IMG/VR virus record: IMGVR_UViG_3300024258_000005
DNA: 64,000 nt
Origin: a virus
Strand: one strand, 5' to 3'
The notes beneath the pieces were generated by a model. The model saw only the letters and a list, made by a program, of their open reading frames with translations, was not told where the DNA came from and did not search any database. A program made the position numbers and the translations under genes. This document shows positions 19,271-29,053 of this stretch, piece by piece (position 1 is the first letter of the stretch; each line of letters begins with the position of its first letter).

Positions 19271-21625
19271 TTATGTTAATTTAACTTCATTAACTTTGTG
19301 TTGTCCAAAAATATCAGTTGTACCGAATTTAAGAACAATTGTTGCATTATCACCTAATAAATCAAGTACGTCTTCGCCAATTAAATCATTCTCATCTACA
19401 AATACTTTAGAAGCAATTTGATCTGTATAAATACCTTGATCATAACCAACAGTAATATCATTTAATTCAATTGGAGCACCCATACCATCAGCAACTCTAA
19501 TGATTTCACCAATAGGGCCGGCTGAACCATTAGGATCTAAATTAGAGAATTTTAAATCAGAATCTAATTTAAGAGAAATATCAAATGTTGAATTAGGAAC
19601 ATTAAGATATATAACATAATCAATATTATTAATTGTGCCAGCAAGTACTTGAACTTTATCAATTACTGTAGAGAATACTGTATCAATATCTGCATCTGTA
19701 AGTGAACCAGGATTATTTACATATTTAAACATCTTCTGTAAGAATGGTAAAATAGTATCATAACGAACCATTTCAACCTGCAACTCTTCTGTTTGTTGAG
19801 CTAGTGCTTCATTAGAATCAGTATTTGCTGTGGCAACATTATCAATTTGTGTTTGAAGATTAGCAATGCTACCAATTTGTAAAGAAGTATCATAATCTAG
19901 GATTTTTTTATCAGTTGAACCCTCAACTGTATCATCTCCATTTATAATAGTTATTGAACCGGTAGTTGCGTTGTTTAATGTATTATCTAAAACATCTACT
20001 GCCGTTTTTACTGTATGACTTACTGAACCGGCAGTACCTATATTACCATTTAATAATAATAGTGCATCTTTATTTAAATTGATTTGTGTCATTGGCCAAT
20101 TTGTTGCCAAATATGTTGCTATATGCCCATCTGTTAATAATTTAAATCCTGTTGTGGATGCATCTGCAATCCAAGCTTGTAAGTTTAAATCCCCTACTTC
20201 AGATGCAGTTACTCCTGTAGCTGAAGTACCAAAATATGTTACAAATCTATCCATTATATCATTTGCAAATGCTTTATCTGTTTCGATTTTCATATCATAA
20301 AGAACTGTAGGTGTAAATACTGTTGTAGTTGCTCCTACATATGTTAGTGTATCATCTACTATTGTAGATGATATATTAGCAATTGCAAGTTCAACTGTAT
20401 CTACATCTGTTTCAAGTGTAGATATTTTAGAATCTTGTACTACATCAATTGCTTCTGTTGCAGATATTCTAACTATATTAGAATTTACAACAGCTGTTAA
20501 ATCAATTACTGTTTGATTTGATGAGGCACTTGATGCTGTAGCAGATGCTTCTAATGCATCGATATCAGCACGTAGTTGAATTGTATAATCAATAAGACCA
20601 TTTCCACTAGCATATATAGAATCATATATACTTTGAGGATTTAAATTTTCAATTGTAGTTAAACGAAGTTGTAATCCTAATGTATCATTAAGTCCTACAA
20701 TATCTGATAATGTATTATGTAAGCCAGTTAAAACTTTTACATCACCAATCAAACCTGAGTCATTATTTATATCTAAATTTCCAAGTCTTTGTTCTAAGTA
20801 ATTTACTTTGGGATTTACAAATGCAATTTGTGCATTTAAACTAGTTCTTGTTGTTTGTGCAAAGAATGTTAATCCACTTACATTATCCCCAACGAGTGAT
20901 AAAAGTCCTTCATATGTACCATCACCAAAAATCATATCTTTATTTAATTTATTATCTTTAACTAGTCCACTACCAACATCACCAATTATTGTTTGAACCT
21001 CTGCTAATCTTGGAACAAGACCAGTACCAGCTGCTGATGTAATAACTTGTTGATCAATTATATCATCTTGAGCGGCTGCAAGTTCTGTTGCTGTTTGTGT
21101 AACAATATCTGATATGCCTGTGAATTGTTGTAGTAAACCGCCTGTACCTGTAATACCAACAGCATCTTCTAATACATCAATCTGTTTTACCATACCTGTA
21201 TTAGAGTCACCTATAATATCAACAAGTGCTACTGTATCTGCTACAATACCACCATTTCCATCAACGCCTTCTAATTGTATTCGAAATGCTTCTAAACTAT
21301 CAACTGTAGTTGTTAATGCTTCATCTGTTAATTGTACGATTTTAGCAAAAATTGCATCATTAAATAAATTTATTCTTGAATCGATTTCTGCTTGTGCAGT
21401 TGCAATTAAAGCATCTAAGTCAAAAGTTACAGCACTTAATCCACCATCTTGCATTGCTTTGATATCATCAACTATATTAGCTAAATTTTGTGACATTACA
21501 GAATGGTAGCTAAAATGTGAATAACCAATTAGGTTTATATTTAAATATGGTACAGTTGTCGCCACAGGAACAATTACTTCACCTGTAGTTGTTTGTACAA
21601 TGTATGATTCATTGCTTAATGCCAT
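19271..21625 (-). CDS. Fibritin/whisker-like segmented coiled-coil fibre protein
   Basis: Heptad segments punctuated by IG-x4-G(L/M) loops (IIGDSNTGMVKQI, IIGDVGSGLVKD, LVGDNVSGL, IVGLNDTLGLQLRL), as in T4 Wac. Confidence 0.6.
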   Translation of the reverse strand: MALSNESYIVQTTTGEVIVPVATTVPYLNINLIGYSHFSYHSVMSQNLANIVDDIKAMQDGGLSAVTFDLDALIATAQAEIDSRINLFNDAIFAKIVQLTDEALTTTVDSLEAFRIQLEGVDGNGGIVADTVALVDIIGDSNTGMVKQIDVLEDAVGITGTGGLLQQFTGISDIVTQTATELAAAQDDIIDQQVITSAAGTGLVPRLAEVQTIIGDVGSGLVKDNKLNKDMIFGDGTYEGLLSLVGDNVSGLTFFAQTTRTSLNAQIAFVNPKVNYLEQRLGNLDINNDSGLIGDVKVLTGLHNTLSDIVGLNDTLGLQLRLTTIENLNPQSIYDSIYASGNGLIDYTIQLRADIDALEASATASSASSNQTVIDLTAVVNSNIVRISATEAIDVVQDSKISTLETDVDTVELAIANISSTIVDDTLTYVGATTTVFTPTVLYDMKIETDKAFANDIMDRFVTYFGTSATGVTASEVGDLNLQAWIADASTTGFKLLTDGHIATYLATNWPMTQINLNKDALLLLNGNIGTAGSVSHTVKTAVDVLDNTLNNATTGSITIINGDDTVEGSTDKKILDYDTSLQIGSIANLQTQIDNVATANTDSNEALAQQTEELQVEMVRYDTILPFLQKMFKYVNNPGSLTDADIDTVFSTVIDKVQVLAGTINNIDYVIYLNVPNSTFDISLKLDSDLKFSNLDPNGSAGPIGEIIRVADGMGAPIELNDITVGYDQGIYTDQIASKVFVDENDLIGEDVLDLLGDNATIVLKFGTTDIFGQHKVNEVKLT

Positions 21626-21628
21626 TCG

Positions 21629-22819
21629 TTATCCTTTGTTTATTTCATTTAATATCCAACTATTAACTGTTATTGCAGTTACTGTTGGAAAATTTGTATC
21701 GAGGTAGCTAATTACTTGTGCTTCAATAAGGCCATTATAATTAACATCAAACATTTCTGCTTTTAAAGTGTCAAAATATCCAGTTACGATATTAAGTAAA
21801 TCTATATTAATAAAATCATCTTTAAATGTAGTAAATGCTTCATCTATAAATTGTCTCATTATTGTATTGTACTTAGTAGTTAAATATGTATCAACTTGTT
21901 GTGCAATTAATGCGTCGTAGTTTGTACCTAGTAGTTCAGCTCTAAGAGTGTCGAACTTGGCATCTATAATTGTATCAAATGAACTGTTTAAAAAATCATC
22001 TTTAAACGTATTAAACATCTCTTGTACCTTTTCAGGTGTAAGTGATTTTAATAGGAGATTTTTTAACTCAATTTCTTTATCGAGTATAATTTTTATTTCA
22101 TTATTTTGATATACTGATGTTATCAAAAAACTATTCGAATCTATTAGCGCTTGAACAGCAGCAATACTTTCATCAGTAACAAACGTTATATGACTTTTAA
22201 CACGTTCTAATAAATTTATTAATTCAGTGCTAGTCAAAATCTGCATAGTATCATTTGTATTTGATAATATAAGTTCTAATTTTTCAAAAGATATAAATAC
22301 ATTTTCTTCAAGTTTTTGATCTAATATATTTGTTGTGTATTGCTCTACTAGATTTAAATCTATAAGAACTTCAGGATTCAGTTGAATCACTTTAATAATA
22401 CTATCAAATAAACCATTAGCTTCTAAATCAGTTATATTAGGAACTCTTGTTACAAAATGTAACTGGCTATATAATAATGCATGTATATCATTCATTAGAA
22501 TTTCGTCATAAACTTTAGTTGCATCACTCATCAATAGGATGATCTGCTCTTCAGTTATATAATAAGCTTCTAATGCTTGTTTAAATAGAATTTGTAATTC
22601 ATACTCGGTAAAAATATTAAGTAAATTATCCGGGTCAGCTATTGCTGATTCAATTTTAGTTCGATCAAGAAGAATATATTCTCTGTCGAACTTTATACGT
22701 TGATCAATAATTAAATTTAAATCATTTTGATTAGCGAATGTAACAGGATCATGTAGGGTACTATCTCTAAGTACAGAATCTGTTATAACTTCATAAATAG
22801 GGCTAGTGTAACCTGCCAT
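21629..22819 (-). CDS. Hypothetical helical virion protein (396 aa)
   Basis: Acidic ORF with an internal repeat (KDDFLN...FDTLRAEL / KDDFIN...FDTLKAEM) inside the tail operon. Confidence 0.55.
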   Translation of the reverse strand: MAGYTSPIYEVITDSVLRDSTLHDPVTFANQNDLNLIIDQRIKFDREYILLDRTKIESAIADPDNLLNIFTEYELQILFKQALEAYYITEEQIILLMSDATKVYDEILMNDIHALLYSQLHFVTRVPNITDLEANGLFDSIIKVIQLNPEVLIDLNLVEQYTTNILDQKLEENVFISFEKLELILSNTNDTMQILTSTELINLLERVKSHITFVTDESIAAVQALIDSNSFLITSVYQNNEIKIILDKEIELKNLLLKSLTPEKVQEMFNTFKDDFLNSSFDTIIDAKFDTLRAELLGTNYDALIAQQVDTYLTTKYNTIMRQFIDEAFTTFKDDFINIDLLNIVTGYFDTLKAEMFDVNYNGLIEAQVISYLDTNFPTVTAITVNSWILNEINKG

Positions 22820-22831
22820 TTTTTCTCCTTT

Positions 22832-25192
22832 TTATACTACTTGTATATTTAAATTAATTGAATCATAATCAAAGAAGAAATAAGGAGGAACAAAATTAAC
22901 TATATCAAATAGTTTTAAATCTGCTCCACCTAATTTATTATCCATTGCATTATAAATAATTCTGGCGCTGTTTGTTGTAAACACTTTGGGACTGATAACA
23001 TCGACATTTTTAATCATGTCATATATTTTAACAATTTCTTTTTCAAGTAGTGTCTCATAAAATTCAGTTTCAAACCCTTCAGCTGTTCGAAGAACTTTAT
23101 ATATTGTATCCTTCATATCATATTCAAGTTCTTCAATTGATTCATAATCAGATAAAGAGTATTTATATTTATCGATAATAAGATCGATTACAATAATATT
23201 TCTAGTAGTAAGAATATCACCATTAGTATTCTTATCAATAATATATTCTCTATATTTAGGTTCAATTGCAATCGTGTTATAAAATGATTGTGTTGTTCCT
23301 ACATTAAAACTAATTGTTTTAATATCTTTTTCCACTCGAAAGAAAGTATCTAGTTTAGTAAAGAACTTTTCTATATTAGAAAGTTTAAGATAATTTAATT
23401 CCAGAAAAGGTAAATGTAATACATATCTAGTTTCATCTTGAGTATTTAATATATCAAGTTCAGTGTAGTAAAAGTGATCTTGTTTTTTTACTAGTTGATT
23501 ATATGAACCAACAGAAGTGTAAGTCATTACAAGTAAAGTATCTTGATAAATATCAATTTCAATATCTGATAAATCATCTTCAAATAAACAATATTCATCT
23601 AGAAATCTTTGGTTGACAATTTGTTTAAATTCATTATGAATAGAAAGTTCCATATCAAATTTATTACTTCTAAGTTTATATGTATATAATGTATTGAAAT
23701 TTTTAAGTTCAAGACGAGTTTTTCTTTCAAAATAATCATATGTTATATAAAGACCTACAGAATTCTGTAACTTAGTAAGTCTATCAGTAGAAGTATCTGT
23801 TTTCAATTCTACTTTTATATTTGGTTGTACCATATATGCAGTATAATGATTAAATCTTTTCTTATAATAAAAAGGACTAATTAAATCGATACCTTCATAT
23901 GTTTTAGTTGGCATAAACAATTCTGATTGAAATTCTGATTCTTCTATGTTAAATGTATTTGTTGGCACTATACGTTGATTTGTATCTCTGATAATATTAT
24001 ATATAAATAAATGATTTTGAGAGTTAAAGAATTTTGGATCCACGAATGGGATACCATCATCCATTGTATACATAATTTCAAAATCATTAATTGATGTAAT
24101 TGAATTTCTTGTACTATTCTTTTTAATCATTTCGGTTTTTATATCTTCAATATCTTTAATATCCATACCAAGTTCACCACCACTTAAAGAAAGAACTTTT
24201 AAGTTGGTTTTAGAAGCAGTACTATAACCACCTTCATCCTCAGATGAAACAATAATATCTTCAAGATTGATCTCAGCAGAGTTTACATTACCTCCTGAAC
24301 CTTTAGTAAGCTTCGTTTCAATAATAATTTGATCACCCGCAAATAGCTTGCGACCATTAATACCATCACCAACTGTAAATATAAGTTGATTCTCGGCTAT
24401 CTTCAAATACAAGTTATCATCAAATTGGCTAGCATTAAATTTATTATATTTAATTTGCATTTGAGATAAATCACCATAACCTTTAATGTTATCAGTATCT
24501 AGTAAATATAAATCATCTAATTCAACTTCGGGTTTTTCATTTGCTTCATTTTTAATCCAAGCTTGAATCTCATAAATATCATCTAAACTAGGAATATCTA
24601 AAGAGAATGAAAATGTTTCGCCAATACCATAATCAGGTATGTTAAATTTGTGGAATGATCTTTTATATTGTCTAAGTCCATTATATTCAACCATGTACAT
24701 ATTTAAATCAGCGTTTAACGGATTCTGTACTTTACTTACTTCAAGTACATTAATTTCTGTATCTGAATATCTCTTTGCTGTTACAACTGAGTTATTTACA
24801 AAGATTTTTACATCTTCTTCTAATGTATAATTTAATCCTGAACCATCAACAAAACTCACATTTCTTTTAATATCATAAGTAATGATTTCACTTTCTCTTA
24901 ATCTGTATTCAGGGATAAGAAATGATATCTGCATTGAAGCAGGTGTACCAAAAGTAATGTTATAGTTTAGAATACTTGCGTGGAATAATAATGAACTAAA
25001 TTCTGTTGCTGTTGCAGGATTCATTTCGCGTAGCAGCTTATTATAATATATTGCATTATCATATTTAATGTTAGCAAATATATTAACTAATGTTCCAAGT
25101 GCTCCTGTTTTTAACAAAGCAGGATTACTAACTTTTAATGTATCACGAACTATATTTTCATAGTCTAAAAGTGTATCAGTAATACTTTTCAT
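22832..25192 (-). CDS. Baseplate wedge protein, T4 gp6/baseplate-J-like
   Basis: REMNPATATEFSSLLFHASILNY, IFTVGDGINGRKL, TKGSGGNV and RNSITSINDFE are gp6-type motifs. Confidence 0.8.
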   Translation of the reverse strand: MKSITDTLLDYENIVRDTLKVSNPALLKTGALGTLVNIFANIKYDNAIYYNKLLREMNPATATEFSSLLFHASILNYNITFGTPASMQISFLIPEYRLRESEIITYDIKRNVSFVDGSGLNYTLEEDVKIFVNNSVVTAKRYSDTEINVLEVSKVQNPLNADLNMYMVEYNGLRQYKRSFHKFNIPDYGIGETFSFSLDIPSLDDIYEIQAWIKNEANEKPEVELDDLYLLDTDNIKGYGDLSQMQIKYNKFNASQFDDNLYLKIAENQLIFTVGDGINGRKLFAGDQIIIETKLTKGSGGNVNSAEINLEDIIVSSEDEGGYSTASKTNLKVLSLSGGELGMDIKDIEDIKTEMIKKNSTRNSITSINDFEIMYTMDDGIPFVDPKFFNSQNHLFIYNIIRDTNQRIVPTNTFNIEESEFQSELFMPTKTYEGIDLISPFYYKKRFNHYTAYMVQPNIKVELKTDTSTDRLTKLQNSVGLYITYDYFERKTRLELKNFNTLYTYKLRSNKFDMELSIHNEFKQIVNQRFLDEYCLFEDDLSDIEIDIYQDTLLVMTYTSVGSYNQLVKKQDHFYYTELDILNTQDETRYVLHLPFLELNYLKLSNIEKFFTKLDTFFRVEKDIKTISFNVGTTQSFYNTIAIEPKYREYIIDKNTNGDILTTRNIIVIDLIIDKYKYSLSDYESIEELEYDMKDTIYKVLRTAEGFETEFYETLLEKEIVKIYDMIKNVDVISPKVFTTNSARIIYNAMDNKLGGADLKLFDIVNFVPPYFFFDYDSINLNIQVV

Positions 25193-25263
25193 AAATCTCC
25201 TTTTTTTATTTAATATTTGTTGGCTTGTTTGAAATTAACCTCAAGGAAATCTTAGAAAAGAAA

Positions 25264-25596
25264 TTAATCTTTTCTAAGAGAATCTAGGGCACCACCTGAG
25301 AAGTAAAATCCTAAGATGGCTAATATAATCATACCTAAATTAAAAGCCGCTATAATCGCTATAATCGCTTTATAGTCTACACCTATAGCATTAGCTGATA
25401 ATGCTAATGATATTGCTATAACATATATTAACGAGAAGATTAAAGCTATTGAACGTTGCATTAATTTGAACGCTGTGTACTCGCTAAACATAAAATTAAT
25501 TTGTTTGGTTTTTGTATCATCTGATATAGGAAGAGAGTTGATGAATTCAACTCTATCTGCTATATATTCTTTTGTTCCAAATATTTTTCCTATCAT
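25264..25596 (-). CDS. Holin-like membrane protein (3TM/GTA-type holin family)
   Basis: MIGKIFG... N-terminus, FKLMQRSIALIFSLIYVIA TM segment and C-terminal GMIILAILGFYFSGG, a pattern typical of this holin family. Confidence 0.65.
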   Translation of the reverse strand: MIGKIFGTKEYIADRVEFINSLPISDDTKTKQINFMFSEYTAFKLMQRSIALIFSLIYVIAISLALSANAIGVDYKAIIAIIAAFNLGMIILAILGFYFSGGALDSLRKD

Positions 25597-25608
25597 TTAT
25601 TTTCCTTC

Positions 25609-26775
25609 TTAAAATAATATATCTAATCTGATACAATATCTAAATGATTCATCATCTATTGGTGTAACACTGTTACCACCAGATAATTTAGCATAATCTA
25701 TTTGTTCGTATCTTCCGGTTACACCTAGTTTAATCTTTGGTGTAACATATATACCTGTATACACTTTAAAGGTATTTCCTAAATTACCCCATGAGTAAGC
25801 ATTTATATTTTCTAAATCGGTAGCATAACTTATCCAATGTTTAGAAGCATAAAAATACTCTGCACCGAAATAAGAATCTAATCTAAATATATTAGCATCA
25901 AAATCTTTCTTAGCTCCAACAAGAACACTATATCCAGTTCGTTTACCTTCATCGCTAAAGTTGATACCCGGACCTTCTAATGCTGTGCCAGTTGGTGATA
26001 TTTCTGTACCATCAAAATCTGTAACAGATACCCCGGCTATACCATAATATACCATTCCTGATGTATCTCGATCATCATACTGATAACCAACACCTGCGAA
26101 GTATAAATTTCCTAATGATTCTAATGTTTCTTCATCATATATCTTTTCATATATAATATTCGATACTGAAGCATTAATTCTAAACGTATGTTTATCAATT
26201 ACACTCTTTGTAAATAAATATCCTATATCACTTCCATTTCTAGAGTTTTCATATCTATCTTCTGGTAACTGGTAAATGTCATCTATTCTGGCACCATAAC
26301 CAAATTGTATTTTATGATTTTCATTTATATAATGGGTATAAAATACACCAGTCATATTAATATAATAAAATGTCATAAGAGCATCGCTAAGTTTTAAACC
26401 AGCAGTACTATGTTCACTAAACACACCATTCTTAAAACTAAAATTACCAACGCTGATAATATCATCAGGTGTTATAAATATGTTTAAATCTAATTCACTA
26501 ATTTCAAAATAATTCTCAGCTGGACGTATTTTATTATATGAACGAGAATATATCTCTGATCTACTTGTATAATTAATCGTACTATTAATAGTAACATATT
26601 TATTAAATATGATGTCATTATAAGTATTCAATATTATTCTATGTCCTTCGGCTTCTATATCATTTCCTAGAACTGTTCCACTACTACTGCCATACATAAA
26701 CTCTAGTTTGTTAAAATTTTTAAGTTCTACCGCGTATAAGTTTAAACAGATTACTAATATCATTAAATATTTCAT
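25609..26775 (-). CDS. Outer-membrane beta-barrel (porin-like; DUF3373-like by recall)
   Basis: Signal peptide MKYLMILVICLNLYA, alternating aromatic/hydrophobic beta-strands throughout, FGAEYFYASKHW segment, and a C-terminal BAM beta-signal YCIRLDILF ending in Phe. Confidence 0.75.
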   Translation of the reverse strand: MKYLMILVICLNLYAVELKNFNKLEFMYGSSSGTVLGNDIEAEGHRIILNTYNDIIFNKYVTINSTINYTSRSEIYSRSYNKIRPAENYFEISELDLNIFITPDDIISVGNFSFKNGVFSEHSTAGLKLSDALMTFYYINMTGVFYTHYINENHKIQFGYGARIDDIYQLPEDRYENSRNGSDIGYLFTKSVIDKHTFRINASVSNIIYEKIYDEETLESLGNLYFAGVGYQYDDRDTSGMVYYGIAGVSVTDFDGTEISPTGTALEGPGINFSDEGKRTGYSVLVGAKKDFDANIFRLDSYFGAEYFYASKHWISYATDLENINAYSWGNLGNTFKVYTGIYVTPKIKLGVTGRYEQIDYAKLSGGNSVTPIDDESFRYCIRLDILF

Positions 26776-27041
26776 AATTTATCTCCTATCTCACGTGAGT
26801 GCTTATCAATATCAAACCCTTTTGAAATCAAGCATTGCCCTAAATAAAATTTATCAAAGTCACTTACTTTGCCGTCTGTATACTCATAAAGTTCATTCTT
26901 TTTAACTACCCTTTTCCATCCAGAGATACTTTTTATCTCGGGCGAAATTAGATACTTGTTAAAATATATTTGACAGGATTCAGCATACACATGAGAAAAT
27001 GATAGCATTATAATAATGCATATCTTTTTTATATTTTTCAT
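26772..27041 (-). CDS. Small secreted (periplasmic) protein with two Cys
   Basis: Signal peptide MKNIKKICIIIMLSFSHVYA with an AxA-like cleavage site; the mature part has two Cys (ESCQ, GQCL). ATGA overlap with the porin gene. Confidence 0.6.
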   Translation of the reverse strand: MKNIKKICIIIMLSFSHVYAESCQIYFNKYLISPEIKSISGWKRVVKKNELYEYTDGKVSDFDKFYLGQCLISKGFDIDKHSREIGDKL

Positions 27042-28394
27042 TTACACTCCTATATATATTGCAGGGAAGATTATTTCGAATACTGTTCCGTTTCCGGATG
27101 TTTCACGAAGTTTTAAATCTCCTGCCTTTTCATTTAGTAACTCTTTATTTAAATAAAGACCTACACCTCTAACATTAACATCAGTTGGTTTTTTAAATAT
27201 GTTTGCTAATTTATGTAAAGAGTCTAATATGTATCCTTTAGATTCGCGAATTACAAACTCACCTGATGAATCTTTACTTGAATAGTATGGTTTAAATATG
27301 TCTTCATATTTCTCTTTACTAAGAAGTAGACCAGTTGTTCTATCTCTTAATCCTACACCATTATCTATAATATATAAATGTAAATCTTTAGTTACATTAT
27401 TAAATTTAACTTGTGTGACAATTCTTGATGAGTTTGCTTCTAAAGAATTTCTAAAATGATTAGATACAATATTTAAAAGGTCACCATTTTTTAATAGTCC
27501 ATCTAATTTGTATTTTCCTAAATTGGGATCTATTTTGATATTAAAATTTGATTTTTTATATATGTTCATTGAGTTCACACTGTACTCAATTATGTTTTTT
27601 AATGTTTTATTTCCCTTACTGTATTTCAAGTTTTTAAAATTACTCATACGCTGGAGAACATTATCTATTTGTTCTATACTAGAATATAATTGACCGAAGT
27701 CGAAGAAGAATTTTTCATTACACTTACAATCATAAATGGGAGATAATGTGCTTTGCATTTCAATTTCTAACTTTCTAATATTACCTTGAATAATAGCAAC
27801 AGGTGTATTAAGTTCATGATGAATATTCTCCGTTAGGATTTGCATATTCTTTTCTCTTAATGTATTACTTGTACTCATCATATCTAAAATTTTTCGTTTT
27901 CTTAATTTATATTCTAAACCGAAGAAGACAAAGGTGTATATTAAAAATAATATAATATTTATATTTATATACCCCATAAAAATATTGTCTATTAAAAGTT
28001 GTGTATTTGGAACTATATAAATTTGATAATCAGGAAATTCCATATATAAATTTAAATTATTAGTTAATGATAGTTCTTTACCACTAAAAGATAACTCTGG
28101 TTTTAAATAGGATTCTCTTTGTAATATATTATTTTCTTGTAGAGTATAAGTTGAATTATTGACAAATCCTATTTCAGAACAAGTTGTAATAATACATAAA
28201 TGTTGTAAATCAATTTCATCAAACTCTTCAATAATACTTATAATAGTAGAATTTATTCTATCCTTATATACTACATTTATTGTATAAAAATTTTCAAATA
28301 GTACAGCATTCATAATAAATATATTTAATAAAAGATATAAACTATAACGTGTACACGTTTTAATATTGTCATGGGTATACATTATATCTCCCAT
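27042..28394 (-). CDS. Membrane sensor histidine kinase
   Basis: Two TM segments flank a roughly 100-aa extracytoplasmic region. H box NIHHELNTP, N box NHFRNSLEA, G1 IIDNGVGL, F box DIFKPYYSSK, G2 GVGLYLNK and terminal GTVFEIIFP are all present. Confidence 0.93.
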   Translation of the reverse strand: MGDIMYTHDNIKTCTRYSLYLLLNIFIMNAVLFENFYTINVVYKDRINSTIISIIEEFDEIDLQHLCIITTCSEIGFVNNSTYTLQENNILQRESYLKPELSFSGKELSLTNNLNLYMEFPDYQIYIVPNTQLLIDNIFMGYININIILFLIYTFVFFGLEYKLRKRKILDMMSTSNTLREKNMQILTENIHHELNTPVAIIQGNIRKLEIEMQSTLSPIYDCKCNEKFFFDFGQLYSSIEQIDNVLQRMSNFKNLKYSKGNKTLKNIIEYSVNSMNIYKKSNFNIKIDPNLGKYKLDGLLKNGDLLNIVSNHFRNSLEANSSRIVTQVKFNNVTKDLHLYIIDNGVGLRDRTTGLLLSKEKYEDIFKPYYSSKDSSGEFVIRESKGYILDSLHKLANIFKKPTDVNVRGVGLYLNKELLNEKAGDLKLRETSGNGTVFEIIFPAIYIGV

Positions 28395-29053
28395 TTTTGC
28401 TGAGTGTAATACTCTTCTATTAAATCTCCATACGCTGAAACTCTATTACCATTTTTATTAATAATATGTTTATACATTTCAATCTCTTCACCTTTGTAAA
28501 CTAACTTTTTAGTTTCATCTATTGGTGTTTGGAAAAACTCTTCAAATTTTTGAATGAATTCAAAAATTTCAGGATTATATTTATTTAATGTGTGCCCTGT
28601 TATAAATTTAATTAAGCACTTTGGATTATGTTGTTTTAACATGATGGCTACATCGATGCCATCATATTCAATATTATTAATTACACCACCAAGTGTGATA
28701 TCTAGAATTCCAACATCTACTGTTTTATCAGGATCTTTAAGATATTTTTCTACTGTAAATCCAGCATAGTTGCCAGTTGCCATCATAATATTAAATTCTT
28801 TATATACATCACAATATTGAACTCTACTAAGCTCGTCTTTAATTAATTCAGCCATTCCAGTAAAATCATCCATTATAAGAATATTTGGATTTCCTTCTAT
28901 TTCTGGTTGACAGAAAAACATTTCAGGAACTTTGATACTATATTCTGCAGGTTTTAATTCTGCAGGTGTAATATATTCATCATTGAATTTCATTTTCTTT
29001 TTACGTGATTTAAAAGGGTTAATTGTTTGTATTATAGTAAGAATCTTATTCAT
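28382..29053 (-). CDS. Response regulator, receiver domain only (CheY-like)
   Basis: NILIMDDF (acidic pocket), DVGILDITL (phospho-Asp), DGIDVA, IKFITGH (conserved Thr) and a candidate Lys in IINKN. No HTH or other output domain is visible. Confidence 0.88.
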   Translation of the reverse strand: MNKILTIIQTINPFKSRKKKMKFNDEYITPAELKPAEYSIKVPEMFFCQPEIEGNPNILIMDDFTGMAELIKDELSRVQYCDVYKEFNIMMATGNYAGFTVEKYLKDPDKTVDVGILDITLGGVINNIEYDGIDVAIMLKQHNPKCLIKFITGHTLNKYNPEIFEFIQKFEEFFQTPIDETKKLVYKGEEIEMYKHIINKNGNRVSAYGDLIEEYYTQQKWEI

